Shown here piece by piece: positions 50,354 to 59,901 of a stretch of 64,000 bases of DNA. The notes under the pieces were generated by a model. The model was not told the DNA's origin, made no database searches, and saw only the letters and a list, made by a program, of their open reading frames with translations. Position numbers and translations under genes: made by a program. The stretch spans positions 2,496-66,495 of the forward strand of contig JALTAZ010000010.1 of NCBI GenBank assembly GCA_027075555.1, written 5' to 3'. Position 1 is the first letter of the stretch. The number at the start of each line of letters is the position of its first letter. Source of the stretch: Micavibrio sp. Lineage in GTDB: Bacteria > Pseudomonadota > Alphaproteobacteria > Micavibrionales > Micavibrionaceae.

Positions 50354-53085
50354 TCTTCGGGCTTTGGCTTTGATTGATTTTCTTCATCCATAGCTTTACG
50401 TATTTCCTCAATTTCATTTTTGAACTCATTTATCAAGTCAATATCATTATCATTATCATTATTGTTGCTGTTTGATGTGTTATTTTTATTTTCATCTTCA
50501 AGATCTTCTGGAGAGCTAGATGTAACGGCATCAATATCAGCATCGGTTTGTGCCTGTGTCTGAGCCTCTTTCTTTGATTTTCTTTTACGTTTTTTACGTT
50601 TTTTATTTTTTATATCATCATCATTTATTTGTGACTTTTTTCTTCTTTTAGTTTTGACCTTACTGCTGTCAAATATATTATCACCAGTGGCTTTTCTAAC
50701 ATTTATCACTTCTTTTTTATCATGTTCAATAGCAACAGGAAGTGACCAATCAGGCTGTGCTGTTTGGAATATATTTTTAACAATGGCTTGAGCCTTTTTC
50801 TTAGATTCTAGCTTTATATGATCAGGCATTCTCATATAAGATCTGGCAATAGTTGTCATGAAATAGGGCTCTTTAGAAAGTGACTTCCATAAAAGCATAT
50901 ATTGATAAAATGGTATAAAATTTATAGCTGGATCTTTAAATGTTTTTGGTGGAGCTGCTATTGCAAATGGGTGTATCCTATGAGGAGTTATTCCAATATG
51001 TGTGAAGTAACTCTCACCTAATTTTAAAACCATATCGGGGGTAACACCAAATTTTTCGGCAACAAATTGTTTTATGGTTTTATAATCGGTTATTTCTTTT
51101 GGTATATTATATTTGGGGACACTTAAAGATAGTCCATTTCCTTCAAATCTTTGAGGGACTGGTAAATGCTTTACCATAGCACCAGCATGAAGATCATGTT
51201 TAGTTCCTTTTGTAATTGGAAGAACTACGGCGGTATTTATAGTTTCTTCATCAGATAAAATAAAATCAATTGTTTCTGATGATATTCCAGTTTTACCACC
51301 ATGACTTTGCCCTTCTTCAACAAATATTGAATTTATCGCTCTTAACTGTCCTGCCGATCCTTTTATTTCCTTAAATCTTTTATCACTATAGCTGGCGTGT
51401 TTGAGAAATTCTTTAACATCAAGAATTTTTGAAATTTCTCCGGCGGCTATGGATAAATCTTTCCTAACCCAATTTTCAGCTCTCATTTTTAGATGACGCA
51501 TAAGTGATAATATTTGTAGTTCTAGGCGTGCATTAGGGATAAGCCCTACCGTGATGGCATCTAAAACATTTTGAGCATTTAACTCTCTTATAACTCCTTT
51601 CTCATGGAAATGATGAGTTTCAAGGACTTTTCTTTTTGGTGATAGAGATTTTTTACCTTCTTTTACTTGAACAAAATAAGTATTTACTCGCTCATCAATA
51701 TAATTTGGGTCAGGATAATAATGGGCACCTTGTTCTATTAACGCCCCACTTTTGGCTGATAACCCAAAATAGCTTTTAACAAAATGGCGGGTATTTTGAG
51801 TAGTAAATTCCCCTAAATTTAATATATGTCTATATTCTATGGATACAGCTTCAATCATATGAGCAGACCATTCCCGCCCATCAATATTTTCACCACTTCG
51901 ACTAATAGCGTTACTAATTCCTCTTATTACACCATCGTGTAGATATATATATAATCGCCCCTCATCATCAAGTCGATAGGGCAGAATTTCGGCTAACTCT
52001 TTTCCTCTTGTAACAACGTCAACTATATCTCCGTTTTTTTGATCACGCAGAGTTTTGATTTCCAGTGTCCCTTCTTCATCATAGGCAATACGGCGCTCTT
52101 GAACTAATAGGCTGCTCCTATCAGGTTTCTTCTTGGCAACGGCAATAAAACTTGTGGCTGGATCACTTATGACATCGCCGTTATTTTTCATCAAGCGGAA
52201 GTGACCTTCGAAATATTCACGTATGTAATCTTCGTCCCAATGAGGTGCAGAGTATCGCACTTGAGCCCCTAGGGCGCTTAATTCTTTTCTGAATTCTTCT
52301 ATAGTAAAAAATGTATATTCATATGGAAGTTGGTTTTCCCACATTTCCCTATCATCTTTACGCATTATAAATTCATATGCCCATTTATAAGGCAGGCGAA
52401 ATAAACGTGTTTTAGGAAAACGTGGAGGAAGCTCTTCTAGAAAAAATCCACCACAACCGGGATCTTGCTTGGGTTGAGCATGTTCAGAATACCAAACCAA
52501 AAGATCAGCTTCACTAAGATCTGCTAAATTATCACCCTTACTTTGCTTGTCGTGCATCTCCATTAAAACAAACTCACCTTCTGGTGGTTTTGCGAAATCA
52601 TGAATGAACATTGTGCCATCATTTTTAAGCATAGAAAATTGCTTACGCAAAGTATCACTAACTATACGCTGATTATATCGGGAGTTAGAGTAAACTTGGT
52701 GCAAGGTAAATGAGTTTATAATTGCATCAAGGCTTTCTGCTTCAAATATTTCACCTGATACATCGCCAACCTTAAATTCAAGGTTATGAAGTTGATAGCG
52801 CTCTTTTGCTTCTCGAATTGTTTTTTTACTTTTATCAACTCCAATGAACCTGACCTTTGGGTTAAGAGCTGCCATAGCATAGGTTAGTGTTCCATCTTCA
52901 CAGGCAAAATCAACAATTTTAGAACCTTCATCAAGCAGTAGGTGCGATAACGTGAACCAAGCTTTATGAACCATCTCATATGGGATATCTTTAAGAAGAA
53001 AATTACGTTCTTCTATGTAATTGATCTTTGTATCATCTTTAAAAAGATCATTTTCTAGCTTATGTTCTTCGTTTTCTGATGCCAT
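50347..53085 (-). CDS. class I SAM methyltransferase domain plus two degenerate Nudix-like domains and a charged tail
   Basis: IVDFACEDG, FIGVD, VGD, LKNDG.MFIHD. Two segments with Nudix-fold flanking motifs. K/R-rich then N/D/E-rich C-terminus. Confidence 0.65.
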   Translation of the reverse strand: MASENEEHKLENDLFKDDTKINYIEERNFLLKDIPYEMVHKAWFTLSHLLLDEGSKIVDFACEDGTLTYAMAALNPKVRFIGVDKSKKTIREAKERYQLHNLEFKVGDVSGEIFEAESLDAIINSFTLHQVYSNSRYNQRIVSDTLRKQFSMLKNDGTMFIHDFAKPPEGEFVLMEMHDKQSKGDNLADLSEADLLVWYSEHAQPKQDPGCGGFFLEELPPRFPKTRLFRLPYKWAYEFIMRKDDREMWENQLPYEYTFFTIEEFRKELSALGAQVRYSAPHWDEDYIREYFEGHFRLMKNNGDVISDPATSFIAVAKKKPDRSSLLVQERRIAYDEEGTLEIKTLRDQKNGDIVDVVTRGKELAEILPYRLDDEGRLYIYLHDGVIRGISNAISRSGENIDGREWSAHMIEAVSIEYRHILNLGEFTTQNTRHFVKSYFGLSAKSGALIEQGAHYYPDPNYIDERVNTYFVQVKEGKKSLSPKRKVLETHHFHEKGVIRELNAQNVLDAITVGLIPNARLELQILSLMRHLKMRAENWVRKDLSIAAGEISKILDVKEFLKHASYSDKRFKEIKGSAGQLRAINSIFVEEGQSHGGKTGISSETIDFILSDEETINTAVVLPITKGTKHDLHAGAMVKHLPVPQRFEGNGLSLSVPKYNIPKEITDYKTIKQFVAEKFGVTPDMVLKLGESYFTHIGITPHRIHPFAIAAPPKTFKDPAINFIPFYQYMLLWKSLSKEPYFMTTIARSYMRMPDHIKLESKKKAQAIVKNIFQTAQPDWSLPVAIEHDKKEVINVRKATGDNIFDSSKVKTKRRKKSQINDDDIKNKKRKKRKRKSKKEAQTQAQTDADIDAVTSSSPEDLEDENKNNTSNSNNNDNDNDIDLINEFKNEIEEIRKAMDEENQSKPKPEEW

Positions 53086-53176
53086 TGATATATAAAAACC
53101 CCGTATTTATAACGTTTTATAACGTCTTTTTATATTATTTCCAAGTGTTTGCATCATATATCAAGCATTAGATTAC

Positions 53177-53977
53177 ATGCAAATATTTATAGAAAAATAT
53201 AAACGGTGCTTATACTCTGTGCTTTATATGAGAAGATTATATACATATATGCAAAATATAATTAAAGATGGAGTTGATCTTATATTGCCTCCGCGCTGCC
53301 CATTGAGTGGTGATGTCGTGGATTCCCAAGGTATGATTAGCGCTAAAGTGTGGGGCGGTCTTGATTTTATTGCACAGCCATATTGCCAAATTTGTGGTAT
53401 TCCTTTTGATTTTGAAAGTGGTATTATTTGCATGGATTGCCTTGATAGTCCTGCGCCTTTTAGATCTGCAAGATCTGCCTTGATCTATAATAATGCAAGC
53501 CGTGATCTGATTTTAGGGTTTAAGCATGGTGATAAAACCCACATGGTTAAGAGTTTTGTTTCATGGCTTAAAAAATCAGGAGCAAATATGTTAAAAGAGG
53601 CGGATTATATAATTCCTGTACCATTACACAGGTGGCGATTGTTGGCAAGGCGTTACAACCAGGCAGCTTTAATGGGTAAGGCTCTTTCTAGCGATTTGGG
53701 AATAGAGCATTTACCTATGGCTTTGCAACGCATCCGATCAACTCCAAGTCAGGGGCATTTAGGCATTGATGAGCGCATTGAAAATGTAAAAAAAGCCTTT
53801 GCCGTTAACAAAAAATACAAAAATTTACTAAAGGATAAAAAAATTATATTAATTGATGATGTTTATACCTCTGGTGCAACAGTCAAAGAATGTAGCATGG
53901 TACTAATAAAATCTGGAGTTAGAGAGGTTAACATATTAACTTTGGCGCGTGTGCTTAGGTCAGATCTTGAGCAATAA
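53177..53977 (+). CDS. comF: ComF family protein (Zn-ribbon plus PRT domain)
   Basis: PPRCP, CQICG, CMDC, PVPLH, RRYNQA and LIDDVYTSGAT. The real start may be downstream (MQNII). Confidence 0.9.
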   Translation: MQIFIEKYKRCLYSVLYMRRLYTYMQNIIKDGVDLILPPRCPLSGDVVDSQGMISAKVWGGLDFIAQPYCQICGIPFDFESGIICMDCLDSPAPFRSARSALIYNNASRDLILGFKHGDKTHMVKSFVSWLKKSGANMLKEADYIIPVPLHRWRLLARRYNQAALMGKALSSDLGIEHLPMALQRIRSTPSQGHLGIDERIENVKKAFAVNKKYKNLLKDKKIILIDDVYTSGATVKECSMVLIKSGVREVNILTLARVLRSDLEQ

Positions 53978-54053
53978 TTTTTTATTTTCTGCATATTAAA
54001 TTTCTTTGTAAATGATTATAATTTTATTTAGTTTGATTAAAAGAGGTTAGAAA

Positions 54054-54311
54054 ATGCCAAATGTAGAAATTTATTCATCAAACACATGTCCTTATTGTGT
54101 TCGCGCTAAACAATTACTTGATTCTAAAGGGGTTGATTATGTTGAATATAATATTTCCAATGATTTAGATGCTAGAGCCAAGATGATGGATCGTACAAAT
54201 GGCGCTAGGTCTGTTCCTCAAATTTTCATAAATGATAAGCATTATGGGGGGTGTGATGATTTATACGCGCTTGAGGCAGAGGGTAAACTTGATATTATTC
54301 TTACTGGTTAA
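54054..54311 (+). CDS. grxC: glutaredoxin 3
   Basis: CPYC, SVPQIF and GGCDDL. Confidence 0.95.
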   Translation: MPNVEIYSSNTCPYCVRAKQLLDSKGVDYVEYNISNDLDARAKMMDRTNGARSVPQIFINDKHYGGCDDLYALEAEGKLDIILTG

Positions 54312-54317
54312 AAGGTT

Positions 54318-55172
54318 TTGTTCATGAGTACCAGTATTAAAGTTGCCGCTATCCAAATGACTAGCAGTTCTGACGTTGATGAGAACCTAGATAAAGCTGA
54401 AGAGTTTATAAGGCAAGGGGTGGCAAATGGAGCTAATTTTATACTTACGCCTGAAAATACTTGCTCTATTCGCTATCTTGTCGATAATGATCTAGATGGT
54501 GGCTTTTCTATAGATACTCACCCTGCAATTCCACGTTTTTCTGCTTTGTCAAAAGAGCTAAATATTACTTTGGTGATTGGCTCTATTTCTGTAAAACTTG
54601 AAGATGAAGGCAAAGGCAATAAACGCTATAATCGTGCTATTGTTTTTTCTCCTTATGGCAAAATTAAAGCGATATATAACAAAATTCATTTATTTGATGT
54701 TCAAATTCCTAATGGAGAGATCCATAAGGAAAGCAATAGCATAAAGGCAGGTGATGAGGCAGTCATAGTAAATATAAATAATAGCTTTTCTGCGGCTCTT
54801 TCTATTTGTTACGACTTGAGATTTCCTCATTTATATCGTGATTTGGCTAAGGCAGGGGCTAATATCATATGTGTACCTGCGGCATTTACTGTTGTAACAG
54901 GCAAGGCGCATTGGGAAATATTGCTAAGGGCAAGAGCAATAGAAACAGGAAGCTATGTTATTGCCGCCGCGCAAACAGGAGAGCATGAAGGCGGGCGTAA
55001 AACTTATGGCCATTCTATGATAATTGATCCATGGGGGCGGATCTTAGCGCAAAAAGAAGATGGTGAAGGCATTATTTATGCAAACTTAGAGAAGGAAAAG
55101 ATCAATAGAGCTAGAAATATTATACCGGCTTTAATCCATGATCGTGATTATAAGGTAAAATTTTATGAGTAA
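54318..55172 (+). CDS. carbon-nitrogen hydrolase (Nit1/deaminated glutathione amidase-like)
   Basis: TPE, YNKIHLFDV, ICYDLRFP, AHWEILLRARAIE and GHSMIIDPWG. Confidence 0.9.
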   Translation: MFMSTSIKVAAIQMTSSSDVDENLDKAEEFIRQGVANGANFILTPENTCSIRYLVDNDLDGGFSIDTHPAIPRFSALSKELNITLVIGSISVKLEDEGKGNKRYNRAIVFSPYGKIKAIYNKIHLFDVQIPNGEIHKESNSIKAGDEAVIVNINNSFSAALSICYDLRFPHLYRDLAKAGANIICVPAAFTVVTGKAHWEILLRARAIETGSYVIAAAQTGEHEGGRKTYGHSMIIDPWGRILAQKEDGEGIIYANLEKEKINRARNIIPALIHDRDYKVKFYE

Positions 55173-56331
55173 TGATAATAAATATAAAAAAGCAACTAAA
55201 TTTGTTCATGCAGGGCGTAATCCTGAAGATTATTTTGGTGTGGTAAATCCACCTATTTGTAGAACATCTACTATATTATACAAAGACTTGGACGCTTATC
55301 TTAATCCTTATACTAAATATCGTTACGGGCGTATAAATAACCCCTTATCACAAAATTTTGAAGAAGCCGTATCAGAACTTGAGGGCGGCTTTCATTCTAT
55401 ATCAACATCAAGTGGTTTATCAGCTATTACAACGGTATTACTGGCATTTCTTAAGGCAGGAGATCATATTTTGATTGTAGATAGCTGTTATCCTCCCACG
55501 CGGTTTTTTGCTAATTCACAGTTGAAATCTTATGGTATAGAGGTTGAATATTACGATCCGATGGTAGGGGCAGGAATTAAAGATTTAATTCGCGATAATA
55601 CGGCCCTTATATATCTAGAATCTCCGGGCTCTGCTACGCTAGAAGTTCAAGATGTTCCTGCAATTGCAAAAATTGCAAGGGAAAATAACATTTTAACAGT
55701 TATGGATAATACTTACTCAGCAGGGATATTATTCAATCCCCTAGATCATGGGGTTAATATATCCTTACAATCAGCGGCCAAATATCTTGGCGGTCATTCA
55801 GATATTAATCTTGGTTTTGCTGTTGCTGATACTAAGGAAAATTATGAAAAGCTTAAGGCTTGCGCTGTGAATTTAGGTGTTTGTGCAGGGGCAGAGGATT
55901 TATATCTTTCTTTGCGTGGACTTAGAACACTTCAGATGCGCCTTGATTATGCGGGTAAGAATATGCTCTTAGTGTTAAAATGGTTTAAAGAACGTAAAGA
56001 GGTGCAAGAACTATACTGTCCAGCCCTTGAAAATGCAAAGGGACACGATATATGGAAACGTGATTTTTCAGGGGTTAATGGTTTGATTGGCGTTTTATTT
56101 AATCCTAAATATAGTTTTAACGATATATCTAGATTTGTAGATTCACTCGAGCTTTTCCCTGTTGGCAGTAGTTGGGGAGGGTATGAAAGCCTTGTACAAC
56201 CTCAAGATATGAAGACTTATCGCTCTAATTGGCAAAAAGAGGGTGTGTTCATTCGTTTTCAGATTGGAAGTGAGGATCCACAAGACTTAATTTCTGATTT
56301 GGAGGGGGGAATTGTAAATTTAAAATTGTAG
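55165..56331 (+). CDS. metC: cystathionine beta-lyase
   Basis: VNPPI.RTST, YGR, ESPGS, DNT, KYLGGHSD and SWGGYESL. Confidence 0.88.
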   Translation: MSNDNKYKKATKFVHAGRNPEDYFGVVNPPICRTSTILYKDLDAYLNPYTKYRYGRINNPLSQNFEEAVSELEGGFHSISTSSGLSAITTVLLAFLKAGDHILIVDSCYPPTRFFANSQLKSYGIEVEYYDPMVGAGIKDLIRDNTALIYLESPGSATLEVQDVPAIAKIARENNILTVMDNTYSAGILFNPLDHGVNISLQSAAKYLGGHSDINLGFAVADTKENYEKLKACAVNLGVCAGAEDLYLSLRGLRTLQMRLDYAGKNMLLVLKWFKERKEVQELYCPALENAKGHDIWKRDFSGVNGLIGVLFNPKYSFNDISRFVDSLELFPVGSSWGGYESLVQPQDMKTYRSNWQKEGVFIRFQIGSEDPQDLISDLEGGIVNLKL

Positions 56332-56351
56332 GACAAGTTTATCACTTATTT

Positions 56352-56666
56352 CTATGCCAATATTCCAACATTAACATCAAGGGCTTTTGCAATGGCTTTC
56401 ATGGCACGTAGTGATCCGTCTTTCTTGCCTGTTTCTATCTCTGTTAAATAGGGGCGAGATATACCAGAGGCTCTGGCTAGATCGCTTTGGGTCATGCCAC
56501 GATATTTACGAATTATCTTGATTGGGTGTTCTTGTCCTGCGGAAATTTGGTCTAATATATCATCAGATAGATGCGAATCTGCATTTGTATCAGCTAGCTC
56601 TCTATAATCATGCAAAGGAACAAGGACATAAGGTTTACCTTGAATATGTAATAGGTCGTATTTCAT
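56352..56666 (-). CDS. XRE-family HTH protein (HigA-like antitoxin architecture)
   Basis: N-terminal GKPYVLVPLHDY plus HTH HPIKIIRKYRGMTQSDLA...YLTEIETGKK. Confidence 0.8.
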   Translation of the reverse strand: MKYDLLHIQGKPYVLVPLHDYRELADTNADSHLSDDILDQISAGQEHPIKIIRKYRGMTQSDLARASGISRPYLTEIETGKKDGSLRAMKAIAKALDVNVGILA

Positions 56667-56834
56667 AAATGATTTTTCTTTCTATCAACAACTTGCAACA
56701 TTGTATCAAGAATAAGAGTTATGTACAGAGTACTTATAAATCTATTTGTCAGGGTTATTGACCAAAAAAATAAGGTGATAATAAAGAAAATTTTTAACCC
56801 ATGATGATTATGCTCTACCTTATAGAAATTATCT

Positions 56835-57512
56835 ATGCTAGAAAGTAACGCTATGAGCATTAAGAATTTTTATGAATATTGCCCTGATTTGGGTAAGGTG
56901 GAGCAGCTAGTTATTATGCTTCATGGTGTTGGTTCTAATGGGCAAGATTTAATATCTTTAGCGCCTTTATTATCGCAAAATCTACCAAAGGCCATGTTTA
57001 TATCACCTGATGCGCCTTTTCCTTGTGATATGGTTCCACCTGGCTACCCCAACGCATATCAGTGGTTTTCACTGCAAGATCGTAACCCTAAAGTGATGTT
57101 AAAGGGGGTAGAACAGGTTTTTCCAATCGTTGAAGAATTTATAGAAAGGCAACTTAGAAGTTATAATATAACCCCAGAAAAACTTGCATTGCTGGGTTTT
57201 TCTCAGGGTACTATGACATCTTTACATATTGCACCTAGGCTGAAAAGTAGGATTGCGGGCGTATTGGGATATTCAGGGGCTTTGCTTTGGGATTTTTCGC
57301 AAGATATTGAAAAATTTCAAAAAATGCCTATACATCTTATTCATGGTGAAGATGATGATGTTGTTCCCGTGCAAGCGCGCGCACAGGCTGAGGGAATTTT
57401 AAAAGAGCATGGCTATGAAGTTAGTGGTCATACAACAGCAGGGCTTGCACATTCAATTGATCAAAAAGGTATTGATAGTGGTGCAGAGTTTTTGATTAAT
57501 ATCTTGGGATGA
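56835..57512 (+). CDS. phospholipase/carboxylesterase (alpha/beta hydrolase)
   Basis: LHGVGS, QWF, GFSQG, HGEDDDVVP and HSI. Confidence 0.9.
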   Translation: MLESNAMSIKNFYEYCPDLGKVEQLVIMLHGVGSNGQDLISLAPLLSQNLPKAMFISPDAPFPCDMVPPGYPNAYQWFSLQDRNPKVMLKGVEQVFPIVEEFIERQLRSYNITPEKLALLGFSQGTMTSLHIAPRLKSRIAGVLGYSGALLWDFSQDIEKFQKMPIHLIHGEDDDVVPVQARAQAEGILKEHGYEVSGHTTAGLAHSIDQKGIDSGAEFLINILG

Positions 57513-57533
57513 ATTTGTAAATGCACGTTTATG

Positions 57534-57569
57534 TAGATTTTATATAGATTTTATATAGATTTTATATAG
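57534..57569. repeat. 11-bp tandem repeat TAGATTTTATA x3.3
   Basis: Read directly. Confidence 0.85.
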
Positions 57570-57635
57570 CAACTATTGTGCAGTGCGGGTGAAAGATTAT
57601 TGTCTCTTTATCCTTGGTTTAACCCATTGAATAGC

Positions 57636-57665
57636 CTTGGTAAATTTCACCCAAGCGTTTTTTTT
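57636..57665 (+). terminator. putative intrinsic terminator
   Basis: CTTGG-TAAATTTCAC-CCAAG followed by CG and a T8 run. Confidence 0.45.
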
Positions 57666-57864
57666 GTCGTATAAAAATTGTGGATTGCAGCAAAGAAATA
57701 TTATTTCAAAGAACAAAAATTAGCTCAAATATGATATAATTCACACAGGGAAGTGCGGGATTTAGCGGTGGTTGAGGCTATTTCTTCTCCGCCTGTTGGT
57801 TCGTGCTAATTAGGCTATTACTGGTGTTTTTTTTATCTTATGCTGGCATTAGTCGGAAAGGATC

Positions 57865-58440
57865 GTGCAAATGAATACAGCCATACCGTTAGAGCGATGT
57901 AGTGCCTTGATATTAAATGCTGATTTCAGACCGCTTAGCTATTTTCCATTATCTGTCTGGTCTTGGCAAGATGCTGTTAGGGCAATTTTTAGAGGTAGCG
58001 TAAATATTGTATCTGAATATGATCGCACGGTGCGCTCTCCTGCTATGGAAATGAGATTACCATCCGTGCTTGCTTTAAAGGAATATGTGCAAACAGCGCG
58101 CGCGCCAGCTTTTACAAGGTTTAATCTATTCTTGCGGGATCGCTGGACTTGTCAATATTGTGCTAAAGGCTTTAAAACGCATGATCTTACCTTTGACCAT
58201 GTAGTGCCACGCTCTAGAGGGGGGCGTACAAATTGGGATAATATAGTTGCGGCATGTCAGCGCTGTAATACTAAAAAAGGTAATAAAATGCCTGAAGATA
58301 TAGGAATGTATCCGCTCATAAAGCCTAGAGAGCCAACAGTTTTTGAGCTTCAAAATAGTGGGCGCAAATTCCCTCCTAATTTTTTACATGAAAGCTGGAG
58401 TGACTTTTTATACTGGGATGCAGAGCTAATAGAAGAATAA
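57865..58440 (+). CDS. HNH endonuclease (conserved alphaproteobacterial McrA-like family)
   Basis: LNAD.RPLSYFP, RD..TCQYC, TFDHVVPRSRGG and W.NIVAAC..CN..K. Confidence 0.9.
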   Translation: MQMNTAIPLERCSALILNADFRPLSYFPLSVWSWQDAVRAIFRGSVNIVSEYDRTVRSPAMEMRLPSVLALKEYVQTARAPAFTRFNLFLRDRWTCQYCAKGFKTHDLTFDHVVPRSRGGRTNWDNIVAACQRCNTKKGNKMPEDIGMYPLIKPREPTVFELQNSGRKFPPNFLHESWSDFLYWDAELIEE

Positions 58441-58464
58441 TAAATATAAATAAAACAAAAGGTT

Positions 58465-59022
58465 TTATGGCTTTTTAAAAGGCACAGATATAGTTTTAGT
58501 TTTAAGCAGGTAGGCGCCAATTATAGAAAACACAAATAAATCAAAAGATAATAAGACATTATAATTCGCCATCGATAGACCAAGCAAAGGGTCTTGCCAT
58601 TGAATGTCGCTGCATGATGACATTGGCGCGCTCATGAGGTTTTCAAGAATGCTTTGTTCTGATGTGTCATCAAAAAAATGCGGAACTTTGCACCCCTCAA
58701 GCACCGAAGTCCACCATTTTTGTTCTACTCCTGTATGATAGAAGGCAATTCCGCTATTGATCAGAAAGTTAATTCCTATCACCCCCAGTAATATACGAGC
58801 GATTTTTTCTTTATTGCGTAAGATTAATCCAGCTATACCAAGAATTATTCCAAATAGAAATGGGTAGCGTTGATATATGCATAAATTACAAGGTTCTAGC
58901 CCAAAAAACGCTTCTGATGATAAAGCCATTGCAAGAGCTGTGAATGATATAAACACAATGACCCCAAAAGTAAAAACAGGGTTGGATAAAAGCATTTTGA
59001 TTAAATCTATATTTATTTTCAT
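58465..59022 (-). CDS. dsbB: disulfide bond formation protein B
   Basis: LEPCNLCIYQR, YHTGVE and GLSMA. Confidence 0.85.
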   Translation of the reverse strand: MKINIDLIKMLLSNPVFTFGVIVFISFTALAMALSSEAFFGLEPCNLCIYQRYPFLFGIILGIAGLILRNKEKIARILLGVIGINFLINSGIAFYHTGVEQKWWTSVLEGCKVPHFFDDTSEQSILENLMSAPMSSCSDIQWQDPLLGLSMANYNVLLSFDLFVFSIIGAYLLKTKTISVPFKKP

Positions 59023-59035
59023 GGTATTTATTCCT

Positions 59036-59650
59036 TTAAAAATACCCTTTGATTAGATCTTTAACGATATCAATGCCCTCAGTGCCTAAGAATAATATAA
59101 TAGCTGTAATCGCGCAAACCCAAATAATACCGATGGCAGCACCTACCAATATTGCTAATCCATCTCTTGTTATTATGCCAATTGACATAATTGCTATACC
59201 AAGGCTAGGAACTGTGTTGGTAAGGGGCAGGGGTATTGAAACGGATAATGCCATGATAAAGCCAAATACTCCGATAAGACGCGAGAAAATATCATGTGTA
59301 ATAAATAATAGCCTAGGCTTAACTAGCGTTTCTACTCTTTGTGTCCATGGTAAAGCCTTGTCAATCATGGCAATAACGCTCTTGCGCTTTAGGCTCTTAT
59401 TTTTGAATTTTTCAGGAAACCAAATAGTATGACGCCCGATTGCTTGCTGTGCAGTTAAAAACATTAGGGGAATGGCTAAAACTGTGCCAATTCCAACAGC
59501 AGGTAAGGGAAGGGCAGCGGGCAGAGCAAATATAAATAAAAAAAATCCAAACCCGCGCTCATGAAAGGCCTCTAGTAAGTCGTTAATGCTAATATTATCG
59601 CCTTCACACTCTGTTTCTATGCTTTTAAGTATGTCTGATAAGTTTCTCAT
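59036..59650 (-). CDS. exoD: ExoD family exopolysaccharide synthesis membrane protein
   Basis: ERGFG, ALP, KPRL, PLPLTNTVP and RDG. Confidence 0.85.
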   Translation of the reverse strand: MRNLSDILKSIETECEGDNISINDLLEAFHERGFGFFLFIFALPAALPLPAVGIGTVLAIPLMFLTAQQAIGRHTIWFPEKFKNKSLKRKSVIAMIDKALPWTQRVETLVKPRLLFITHDIFSRLIGVFGFIMALSVSIPLPLTNTVPSLGIAIMSIGIITRDGLAILVGAAIGIIWVCAITAIILFLGTEGIDIVKDLIKGYF

Positions 59651-59787
59651 TTATGATGAAATATCAAACTTTGCTAATCTTTACGAGTGTAAAAAACAAA
59701 AAATACTAAAGATTTAAAATTTTTTTCTACTAAATTCTTGCGGATTTTGTAAAGATGGCTATTATCGCTCCAATAATTATGTTGCAG

Positions 59788-59872
59788 GCCCCTGTGGCGG
59801 AATTGGTAGACGCGCCGGATTCAAAATCCGGTTCTTTCGGGAGTGTCAGTTCGAGTCTGACCGGGGGCACCA
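59788..59872 (+). tRNA. tRNA-Leu(CAA)
   Basis: Acceptor stem GCCCCTG/CGGGGGC, D-loop GGAATTGGTAGAC, anticodon arm CCGGA-TTCAAAA-TCCGG, long variable arm, T-loop TTCGAGT, encoded CCA end. Confidence 0.96.
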
Positions 59873-59901
59873 CGGTATTTTTATCTTAGGTTATAATTCT
59901 T

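Noticed and set aside
57534..57569. Short repeats as a CRISPR array
   Set aside because: The units are 11 bp, contiguous and without spacers, and no cas genes are present. The same applies to the other tandem repeats in the window.
57744..57800. Cobalamin riboswitch suggested by AGGGAAG..CGG
   Set aside because: The downstream conserved elements (GCCCCC, ACTGT, B12 box) are absent and the gene context does not fit.
57865..58440. HNH protein as IscB/Cas9-like or homing endonuclease
   Set aside because: Only 191 aa, with no RuvC motifs, PLMP N-terminus, flanking repeats or intron context. It fits the common stand-alone alphaproteobacterial HNH family.
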